DNA of 64,000 nt. Source: a virus. Under the pieces are notes generated by a model. That model was not told the DNA's origin. It did not search any database and saw nothing but the letters and a program-made list of their open reading frames with translations. The position numbers and the translations under genes were made by a program. The stretch lies in the IMG/VR virus record IMGVR_UViG_3300032524_000070; one strand, 5' to 3'. This document shows, piece after piece, positions 56,036 through 64,000 of the stretch (its first letter is position 1; the number at the start of each line of letters is the position of its first letter).

Positions 56036-57403
56036 ATGGCGAAGCCGATCCTCGGGAGCCTCCAGGTCGGGTCAGCGACCCGTTTCGCCAACAGCGGGAA
56101 GCTCCCAGCCAACAGCGGGTACAGCCCGGATGTCTCGCAGGCGCAGTTGCAGTCGCCTCCGGCTCCTGGGGAGTACGCAGGGCTGAAATCCGGGCCTGAG
56201 TTCGGCATCGAGTACGAGGCCAACCAGACCACCCCCATCGACGGCAGCAAGGATCTGCTCCGGGTCCTCTCGCCCTTCATGATCCAGGTCGAGCCGCCCC
56301 TCATCACAGGCGGTTCCCCGGACGTGCAGGGCGGCAAGAAGGACTACGCAGGCATCTACGGCGGGGGCCACAGCGGAGCCCCTGGAGCGTTCAACGCGGC
56401 CCGGAATCGGATCATGCAGGACATCCCCGGCGGGGATCAGATGTCCAACGCTGGGTCCGTGGACAACTACGTCGCTGCCGGGCTTCAGCGGCGGGGTGCA
56501 GGGGGTGGTTCGGAGCGGACCATCGACGTGAAGGGCGAGGGGCCGACCCGTTTGGGTGCTCCTGCCATCGCCGACCTCTATACGGCAGTGGACATCACGA
56601 TGCAGCTCCGGGCGTTGGTGGAGACCCCGCCACTCATCCTGCTCATCAACCCGCAGTCGCTCTCGATGAACTACACGAAGATCCAGCAGTTCAGCGACCG
56701 GACACGCTATGGCTTCGTGTTCCAGGCCTGGGGCGAGGAGCAGCCGAAGCTGACGATCTCAGCGAAGTGCGGTGCCTTCATCACCAGCGGCAAGGGCGTC
56801 CAGTGGGCGAGCCGCCGGGACTCCGCTGCGTGGCAGAACCTTGCGACGGCGTTCCAGTTCTACCGGCACAACGGGTACATCTACGACACCGTGGGGAAGT
56901 CGAACGCCCACCACATGGTCGGGGCGCTCTCCATCCACTACGACGGGTGGGTCTACTACGGGAACATGGAGTCCTTCTCCTACGTCTTCGAGGAGAGCAC
57001 TCAGCTCGGCGGCATCGTCTTTGACATGGAGTTCACCGTGAACGCGATGGTGGACACCACCAAGCAGTCGGTCGTCGTCACCCCGATGCGGTCCCCGATC
57101 CCGTCCCGTTCTGATCCGCGCTACCAGGGCTTCGAGAACCGGGCTCTCCCCAGCCCCGGCGACGTGTCTGTCGGGCAGGGGTCGGGCGTTCACCTGGGCG
57201 GCCACGACTTCTACTCCCTCAACGACCCCGAACGGCTGGCGACCCCGGCCCCTGACGGCACGGCATCAGCCGCCATCACCAGCGGCACCTCTGGCGGTCA
57301 GGCAGCTCCGAAGTCCTCTGGCGGGTTCCAGTCGGCGACGGCTGTGGCGACCGTGGATGCCCCGGTGGCTCGGCCTCCGACACCCTTCGGCGTGAGGCGG
57401 TAG
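56036..57403 (+). CDS. Second tube-initiator-like baseplate protein
   Basis: LLINPQSL...RTRYGFVFQAWGE; similar domain to previous gene. Confidence 0.6.
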   Translation: MAKPILGSLQVGSATRFANSGKLPANSGYSPDVSQAQLQSPPAPGEYAGLKSGPEFGIEYEANQTTPIDGSKDLLRVLSPFMIQVEPPLITGGSPDVQGGKKDYAGIYGGGHSGAPGAFNAARNRIMQDIPGGDQMSNAGSVDNYVAAGLQRRGAGGGSERTIDVKGEGPTRLGAPAIADLYTAVDITMQLRALVETPPLILLINPQSLSMNYTKIQQFSDRTRYGFVFQAWGEEQPKLTISAKCGAFITSGKGVQWASRRDSAAWQNLATAFQFYRHNGYIYDTVGKSNAHHMVGALSIHYDGWVYYGNMESFSYVFEESTQLGGIVFDMEFTVNAMVDTTKQSVVVTPMRSPIPSRSDPRYQGFENRALPSPGDVSVGQGSGVHLGGHDFYSLNDPERLATPAPDGTASAAITSGTSGGQAAPKSSGGFQSATAVATVDAPVARPPTPFGVRR

Positions 57404-57406
57404 GCC

Positions 57407-60400
57407 ATGGGTCTCGAATCACGGCCATACGTCGGCACCTGGCGGCTCAACGGGCGGCAGCTCATCCAGCACACGCCCGATGCGCTGGTCTACGTCAACG
57501 GGGAGACCTCGCTTCCGGGCTGCTCCAAGTGCAGTGGTCGCATCGACATCCAGCGATTCTTGACCGAGGTGTCGGTGGACGCGGGGACGGAGCCGGGTTC
57601 GGCCTCTGCCAGCTTCTCGCTCGCCATCCCGCGACACCACAACGAGTCGTTCGCGCGGGACGCGAAGTTCCTGCTCAGGCCCGGCCTCGAAATCCACGTC
57701 TACATGCGGGGCTACTTCCCCGTGGCTGGCCTCTACAAGAACCTGGCCGAGGGCAAGGTGAAGAACGAGATCACGTCGCTGGGGGACGTGACACCGGCCC
57801 AGATCGAAGCAGAGCAGCTCCCTGACCCCACCTCCCCCGGCACCTACGGGGCGGACGACGTGCTCGGTGGGGCGACGGTGGATGCCCCCACGCGGGCCAA
57901 CGCCGAGGTCACGGCAGCGATGATGAACACGCTGGAGCCGTACCTCCAGCAGCAGTACCCCGGAGCGAAGCTCTCCGTGAACTCTGGCTACGAGGCATCG
58001 GGTCACTCAGAGGACAGCCAGCACTACCAGGGCAGCGCGGTGGACATCACGGCCACTTCGGACGCAGGCCCGATCTCGTCCACGGACATCTGGCAGTCGG
58101 TCGAGAAGCTCCGTGGGACGGGCCACCTTCCACGGGGAGGCACGGGTGCCTACGTCTCGGGCGGGAGCACCCCGGAGAATCCGCTCTACCGGAACTACGT
58201 CCACATGGACCACCGGGGCGGGAGAGCCTTCTGGGTCTACGACCAGACCACCCAGGAGAGCGTCGCCAACCCCAACGCATACCTGCGGGTGCTCAAGGCC
58301 GGGGTTGGAGGTCTCGTAGAGCCGGACAGCACCGTGCGGGCCTACGACGCTGCGGTAGTCCCTCCGGCCCTTGCTCCACCCGCGACGACAGCGGGAATCC
58401 AGGAGCCGGTGACTCTGGCGACCACAGCTCAGGTGGGGCCTTCCCTGCTGGAAGAGCAGGGGCTCGCCGGGCTGGGCATCGAGGACACGCTGGCCTATCC
58501 GTACTACCACGTGTTCCACGGGGTCGTTACGGAGGTGAGCCACAGTGCTTCGGGTGGGGTGGGCACCATCTCGGTGAGCTGCTCGTCGATGCTCCACTTC
58601 TGGCAGTACCAGAACATGAGCACCAACGCCTCGCTGTTCGGGGCGAGGCCCACGAACTCGAAGCTCAAAATGAGCCTCGTCGGCCACAACTTCACGGGGA
58701 TGCACCCCTACCAGATCATGTACACGCTGCATCACGACATGGTGGGGGCAGCGGGCGGGGTCGGCTGGGCACTCGCCAACAGGACCCACCAGACGGCCGT
58801 GAGCGAGGTGGGCGGCGAGTCCCTGTACTCGCTCAACATCCGGTACTGGCAGAAGCGGTTCTCCGGCAGGACCATCCGGCTGCGGATGCACGGGGCCACG
58901 GGCGACCTGTTCAGCACGATGGCTGCCGCCTGGCTGGGCCGCACGTCGTCGTCGAGCATCATGTCCTTGATGCGGAAGCGGTACAGCACGTCGAAGCCTA
59001 GTGCGGTCAAGGGTGTGCTGGAGCGGGTCGGGCTCTACAACAGGAACAAGCGGGCAGCTCTGGATGCTCTGGAGGCCCTGGAGTTCGCAGACCAGAGCCA
59101 CGGGGGGAATGCCGCGAACAAGCCCGACTTCGGGATCAACATCGTCGAGATGCAGGCGTTCGTGTCGAACATCGGCAACTGGGGCCAGGTCAACCTCTTC
59201 GAGTCGTCCTACGAGAGCAAGCTGGACGTGGCCCAGAAGGTCATGGAGATCACCGGCTTCGAGTTCTATCAGGACGTGGACGGTGACTTCGTATTCAAGC
59301 CGCCGATGTGGAACCTCGACACGAGCGGGAGCCGCGTCTACCGCATCGAAGACATCGACATCATCAACATTGGCTACTCGGAGAAGGAGCCACAGGTCAC
59401 CTACATGACCTGCAAGGGCAGCCAGTTCAAGAACATCCAGGGCACGGGGGCTGAGAACGAGTGGGGCGTCCGGGGGCAGTACATCGACTACCGGCTGGTC
59501 GCGCAGTTCGGCTGGCGTCCGGGCAGCTACGAGACGGCCTACTTCAACGACTCCAAGAGCATGTTCTTCAGTGCGGTCAACCGCATGGACGTGATGAACA
59601 TCGGCATCAACTCGGCCAACGTGACCATCCCGGTGCGGCCGGAGATCCGCCCCGGCTTCCCCGTCTACGTCGTCTACATGGACGCCTTCTACTACTGCAA
59701 CAGCTTCGCCCACAGCCACGCAGTCGGCGGGCAATGCACCACAAGCCTCCAGCTCGTCGGCAAGCGGGCGAAGTTCTATCCACCGGGTCGCCCTGGCTCC
59801 GGGGGCTCCGGGTTCCTGGCCGACGTGGACCTGGGCAACACCATCCTGCCGCAGCGACCCATCCAGGTGCTCTCCCCTGACGGGACTCCGAGACTCTCCG
59901 GGTTCCCGAACGTGGTCATGGCCCTCGACCCCACGGCCATCAACCCGTTGTTCTTCGTCGTCGGCAACGACATGGCGGACATCAGCGACGTGCGGGTCAT
60001 CAAGTACCTGCTGAAGTTCGGGGTGGGGTCGGGCGTACTCAGTGAGCCAGAGGCACTGGAGAATGGTGGCCAGGTCTACACGATGACCACGGGCTCGAAG
60101 ACCGGGGCGGGTGAGGACACTCAGCCCATCACCGTCCGCTTCTACTTCCAGGAGGACGACTTCGAGGGCACGGCCTCGGTGCCCAGCAGCGGTCCTGACG
60201 ATGCGGAGAAGCCGTTCAACATCATCGCGGAGGCCATCAACTACGAGCGGCTGGTAGCCGAGGCCACGGCCGCGCAGGAGAACGACCAGGAGGCGGTAGA
60301 CCGCATCAAGTACGACATCATCAGCAAGCAGTCGGAGATGGCCAACCTGCAACAGTCGGCGGACAGCAACACCCCTGCCGTGCAGGTCAAGATCGAGGCG

Positions 60401-62563
60401 CTGTCGGCTGAAGTGGCGACGTTGGAGCAGAAGCTCCGGGACAAGGTTGCTCAGTTCAATCAGGCGAAAGACGCCCTTCAGGAGAGCTGGAAGGACCCCA
60501 GCAACGCCAAGGGTCGTGGCGTCGCGTTCCTGTTGGAGATGCTCGACCAGGTGGGTGCCGCCTACCGGACATCCGACAACTTCCAGGGGCGGGGTGACCT
60601 CGGCAGCTCGACCGCCCTGCTCGACATGCTCTCCGACAAGAAGGCCATCTTCTCCAACGGGTCACAGCCGGGCAGCTACCGCTACTACTCGGCCTCGCAC
60701 CCGGACAAGGAGCACCAGGGACCGAGCGTCATCGAGTATGACTCGGCGGCGAAGGGCAAGACCAAGGAGTCGAACCCAGCCCCCATCGACGGCACCGTGC
60801 CCACCATCAAGATGTTCTCGCCCCACCCCACGGCCCCGTTCCCCGGAGCCATCGTCCCGGAAGCGGAGCTGGTGGACGGTCAGCCGGAGGTCGGCATCAG
60901 GGTGCTGGACGGCAGCGGGAAGGAAGGTGGGGCGTCCTACGCCACCAGCGACATCATGGAGCTGATGTTCTCCGTGCAGGTCGTCACGGTGGTCAAGAGC
61001 GTCACCACGAACTTCCGCACCACCAACATCGGCAGCCTCGGCCCGGCGGCTCGTGCTCAGATCGGGGTGAAGCTCGCCCCCACGGCATCCGTACTGCCGA
61101 CGCAGAGCCTCACGGATGTCCTGGGGCCGCAGTGGAGCGATCTGCGAATCCCGATCACGGCAGCCATCGCGGCGATGAAGGTGAAGGCCGATGCAGGTGG
61201 TTGGAAGATCGGGACCTCTGTGGCCCCGGTCTTCCCGTTGTTCATCAACCTCTGGGCGGCTCTTGTGGACACCACGAAGCCTCTGTCGAGCTTCGCCTAC
61301 GCCGACAACCCTGATGGGGCAACCAGCCTGGGTCAGGCGGGGCTCAAGGCGACGCAGGACCAGCTCATTACCAAGGCCGCAGGGGCACTCGCGGGCAAGT
61401 TCTATGGGGGTCTGGAGGCCATCCGTCGTGCCGCCGCCACAGCCCTCAAGGAGTCCGGTGCTACGGGGCCGCAGTCGGATGAAGTGATCGGCGTGTTCAA
61501 CACCGCTCTCGGGGCGGTCATCGGAACGTCGGTCGCTCCGAGCAACACCCGCAAGGGTCGGGAGACGCAGCGGAAGACAACGACGACCTCCAGCCCGGTC
61601 TTCCCGGTGTCGGACGCCCGTGGCTACGAGGTCATCGGGTCGTACCGCTATGGCCGCGAGGTGAGCATCGAGCCGGAGGGGGTGTTCGATCAGCTCCACA
61701 AGACCGACCTGTTCAGCTTGCTCGACAAGAACCTGGTGGAGCAGATCCTTCGGTCCTACGTCCAGGGGCAGAAGATTGCCACTCCGGCGATGGAGACGGT
61801 TCAGGTCGGGGACAAGACGGTGACCCGCCCCGTAGGCAACGGTGAGATGAAGGTCCAGAGCGGAGCTGCCACCTCCCGCTACCTCAACGATGAGGTGGTC
61901 AGGCAGCTCAGATCGAAGAACCTGACCGACAAGCAGATCCTCGACTACGGCTTCCTCCTGGAGGGCGGGGAGTCGAACCAACTCCAATTCTCGCTGGCCA
62001 ACATCTTCGCGGAGCAGAACCTCGACGGCATCCAGAAGATTCCGGTCATCAACGCGGCCTACTCGCTCGCCGACATGAACCTCCAGCAGGCCGGTCACAT
62101 CTGCGACTGCAAGGCCGCAGAGGCGGACGTTCACATCCTTGCCTTCGGTCAGGAGCAGTTCCTCTCGTTCACGCAGGAGGGCAGCCCGGCCCATGAGGGC
62201 CTGGGGATGGACTCGGCGGACGCAGGCACCCGATGGGTGGCCATGACGGCGGCACAGGCGTCCGTGTCGTGGCAGCAGCAGCAGGAGGCCCTGCGGGGTC
62301 AGGTGCTCGACCGGGGCGGGAGCCACATCGTCAAGCAGATCGTGGAGACGTTCGGCATTGACACAGGGCCGAGCGGCAACGATTTCACGGAGTCCCTCGG
62401 CATCGAAGGTCTGGAGCCCGGCATCAGGACGAGCGTGTTCGAGAAGACCAACGCAGAGGCACAGCACAACTTCACGGACGAGGATGGACCTCTTCAGGAG
62501 GCCATCCGGGAGGCAGAGCAGAACGGCCTCAACCTGACGACGCCGCCAGGGGGTGACCAGTGA
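57407..62563 (+). CDS. Baseplate hub protein with inserted peptidase M15 domain
   Basis: Hub motifs FEFYQDVDGDFVFKPP and RPEIRPGFP; M15 motifs NSGY, SQHYQGSAVDI, YVHMD. Confidence 0.75.
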   Translation: MGLESRPYVGTWRLNGRQLIQHTPDALVYVNGETSLPGCSKCSGRIDIQRFLTEVSVDAGTEPGSASASFSLAIPRHHNESFARDAKFLLRPGLEIHVYMRGYFPVAGLYKNLAEGKVKNEITSLGDVTPAQIEAEQLPDPTSPGTYGADDVLGGATVDAPTRANAEVTAAMMNTLEPYLQQQYPGAKLSVNSGYEASGHSEDSQHYQGSAVDITATSDAGPISSTDIWQSVEKLRGTGHLPRGGTGAYVSGGSTPENPLYRNYVHMDHRGGRAFWVYDQTTQESVANPNAYLRVLKAGVGGLVEPDSTVRAYDAAVVPPALAPPATTAGIQEPVTLATTAQVGPSLLEEQGLAGLGIEDTLAYPYYHVFHGVVTEVSHSASGGVGTISVSCSSMLHFWQYQNMSTNASLFGARPTNSKLKMSLVGHNFTGMHPYQIMYTLHHDMVGAAGGVGWALANRTHQTAVSEVGGESLYSLNIRYWQKRFSGRTIRLRMHGATGDLFSTMAAAWLGRTSSSSIMSLMRKRYSTSKPSAVKGVLERVGLYNRNKRAALDALEALEFADQSHGGNAANKPDFGINIVEMQAFVSNIGNWGQVNLFESSYESKLDVAQKVMEITGFEFYQDVDGDFVFKPPMWNLDTSGSRVYRIEDIDIINIGYSEKEPQVTYMTCKGSQFKNIQGTGAENEWGVRGQYIDYRLVAQFGWRPGSYETAYFNDSKSMFFSAVNRMDVMNIGINSANVTIPVRPEIRPGFPVYVVYMDAFYYCNSFAHSHAVGGQCTTSLQLVGKRAKFYPPGRPGSGGSGFLADVDLGNTILPQRPIQVLSPDGTPRLSGFPNVVMALDPTAINPLFFVVGNDMADISDVRVIKYLLKFGVGSGVLSEPEALENGGQVYTMTTGSKTGAGEDTQPITVRFYFQEDDFEGTASVPSSGPDDAEKPFNIIAEAINYERLVAEATAAQENDQEAVDRIKYDIISKQSEMANLQQSADSNTPAVQVKIEALSAEVATLEQKLRDKVAQFNQAKDALQESWKDPSNAKGRGVAFLLEMLDQVGAAYRTSDNFQGRGDLGSSTALLDMLSDKKAIFSNGSQPGSYRYYSASHPDKEHQGPSVIEYDSAAKGKTKESNPAPIDGTVPTIKMFSPHPTAPFPGAIVPEAELVDGQPEVGIRVLDGSGKEGGASYATSDIMELMFSVQVVTVVKSVTTNFRTTNIGSLGPAARAQIGVKLAPTASVLPTQSLTDVLGPQWSDLRIPITAAIAAMKVKADAGGWKIGTSVAPVFPLFINLWAALVDTTKPLSSFAYADNPDGATSLGQAGLKATQDQLITKAAGALAGKFYGGLEAIRRAAATALKESGATGPQSDEVIGVFNTALGAVIGTSVAPSNTRKGRETQRKTTTTSSPVFPVSDARGYEVIGSYRYGREVSIEPEGVFDQLHKTDLFSLLDKNLVEQILRSYVQGQKIATPAMETVQVGDKTVTRPVGNGEMKVQSGAATSRYLNDEVVRQLRSKNLTDKQILDYGFLLEGGESNQLQFSLANIFAEQNLDGIQKIPVINAAYSLADMNLQQAGHICDCKAAEADVHILAFGQEQFLSFTQEGSPAHEGLGMDSADAGTRWVAMTAAQASVSWQQQQEALRGQVLDRGGSHIVKQIVETFGIDTGPSGNDFTESLGIEGLEPGIRTSVFEKTNAEAQHNFTDEDGPLQEAIREAEQNGLNLTTPPGGDQ

Positions 62564-64000
62564 CCGACCAGTACGGCAGAGCGTGGAACACCCTGAGTCA
62601 GGTGCATCGCGGGCACCTGACTCAGCAGCCCTTCGCCAAGAAGAAGAAGCTCGACGACATGAACCCCGACAAGGGGGGCAGCCTGGGGCTGGGCGTCGCC
62701 CGTGTGGTGGGCATCGACTACGAGGAGCACTTCGTCACCCTGCGTACCGTCGTCGGCACTGAGCAGGAGTTCGAGCGCGTCCCTGTCCCCCTGACGTACC
62801 CCGGTGCGGGCTGTCGTCACTTCTTTGGAGCCATGCCGGAGGTCGGCGACTACTGCGTGGTCGGCTGGCTCCCCCAGGAGTCCTCTGAGAAGCACGGCGG
62901 CAGCAAGACCCCCGTGATCCTCAACTGGATCATCCCGGGCGTCTGGCCCGGCCGTGACTGGCTCGCGCTCTCGAACTTCACGGAGGACGAGCACGACTCG
63001 GGCACCAGCCGTAACCGGGAGGAGGTCAAGGGGATCTTCGACCAGATCCGGCACAAGCTCCGGCACCTCCAGCCGGGCAACATCCTCGCGTCGTCATCGC
63101 AGGGTGCTGACATGGTGCTGGATGAGAACGTCCACCTGGCCAACCGCCGGGGCAACGAGTTCATCCTCCGCGACTCCGACCAGGCCGTAGTCACCCGTGC
63201 TCTCCAGCAGTTCACGGCTCTGGCAGGCAGCCGCACCTACGCAGGCATGGTCCAGCGCGACGCCCTCCGGCTCCCGACCACGATGTTCAGCGATGGGTTC
63301 GTGTGGGACGGGCCGATCCAGGCATACGCGGGAGTCGCCCTGCATGAGGGTGACCTCCCTGTGGATGGGGTCTACCCCGAGGGGTTCCTGACCCCTGACC
63401 CGCAGCTTGCCCGGACGTTCGATGCGGACGGCAAGCTCACCAAGTCGCTGTACCAGTATCCCGCCTTCCTCGACCCCTACGTCTTCCTCCGCAACGGTGG
63501 CTACATTGACGAGGATGGTGTCGCCGTGGACTCGCGGCACCTCAACGACGCGGTGTACGGCGGCAAGGGCATCTACCGCATCGGCACCGGGTCACTCGCC
63601 AACACCGTCCTCGACCCCGGCGTCCCGGCCCTGACCGAGCACCGGATCGAGGTGTCCCACACCTCCGATGGCCTCCTCCCGGTCACGGAGCAGACGGATG
63701 GGTTCGACGCCGAACGGCTCCCGCCCTCTGACCCCGACACGCCCGGCGTCTCCGGCAACCAGCCCTACATCGAGTGGGTCATGGGCTCGGTCATCGGCAA
63801 CGACCCCTTCTCCGGGCAGGGCCGCAAGGAATACGGCCTCCCCCTGGTCACTCGCGTCTTCGATGAAACCGGGGGGCTGAGCCCTCGCATCGAACCAGCT
63901 CGCGTCGCGTCAGCAGGGAAGTCCGGCGGGACCCCGCTCGTCGAGCACGCAGCGACGTTGTTCAAGCTGACCCCGCCCTCTGGCCGCCTGGCTCCGACCT
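62560..64000 (+). CDS. gp5/VgrG-like baseplate spike protein, 3'-truncated (not in ORF track)
   Basis: GTGA overlap start; reads VARVVGIDYEEHFVTL...GAMPEVGDYCVVGW (OB-fold motif); appears open to the window end. Confidence 0.72.
   Translation, partial: MTDQYGRAWNTLSQVHRGHLTQQPFAKKKKLDDMNPDKGGSLGLGVARVVGIDYEEHFVTLRTVVGTEQEFERVPVPLTYPGAGCRHFFGAMPEVGDYCVVGWLPQESSEKHGGSKTPVILNWIIPGVWPGRDWLALSNFTEDEHDSGTSRNREEVKGIFDQIRHKLRHLQPGNILASSSQGADMVLDENVHLANRRGNEFILRDSDQAVVTRALQQFTALAGSRTYAGMVQRDALRLPTTMFSDGFVWDGPIQAYAGVALHEGDLPVDGVYPEGFLTPDPQLARTFDADGKLTKSLYQYPAFLDPYVFLRNGGYIDEDGVAVDSRHLNDAVYGGKGIYRIGTGSLANTVLDPGVPALTEHRIEVSHTSDGLLPVTEQTDGFDAERLPPSDPDTPGVSGNQPYIEWVMGSVIGNDPFSGQGRKEYGLPLVTRVFDETGGLSPRIEPARVASAGKSGGTPLVEHAATLFKLTPPSGRLAPT

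Noticed and set aside
1-64000. Alternative genetic code (stop reassignment)
   Set aside because: TAG, TGA and TAA all terminate well-coupled, full-length genes
35218-64000. Bacterial contractile injection system (eCIS/T6SS) rather than phage
   Set aside because: Neck-type genes, thyX/dcd, homing endonucleases, spanin-like pair and many small accessory ORFs fit a phage better; capsid and terminase are presumably outside the window

Overview
64 kb of a GC-rich, large (probably jumbo) myophage genome. No rRNA, tRNA, CRISPR array or host housekeeping genes were seen. The + strand carries virion morphogenesis genes: a SWIM-finger protein, two tandem families of paralogous structural proteins, neck/adaptor candidates, an actin-fold protein, a 1769-aa tail sheath, tail tube, chaperones, tape measure, tube initiators, a baseplate hub with a peptidase M15 domain, and a gp5/VgrG-like spike running off the end. 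Two accessory islands (about 11.5-26.6 kb and 40.5-48.5 kb) interrupt this cluster. They hold dcd, thyX, a MazG-like NTPase, vWA and PAPS-reductase-like proteins, lipoproteins and a full-length viperin homologue. Most notable: (1) a phage-encoded viperin at the end of a translationally coupled operon; (2) a recurring, covarying bulged RNA hairpin plus ACGGA module in three long late-gene leaders; (3) free-standing endonucleases inserted at gene termini with duplicated, recoded terminal codons; (4) a 7-copy GGCTCAGA-N14-(C/A)GTAGT promoter and a distinct late motif; (5) nested domain insertions in structural proteins. All family assignments come from motif recognition by eye; no database searches were run. 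A diderm, possibly Myxococcota, host is an inference.
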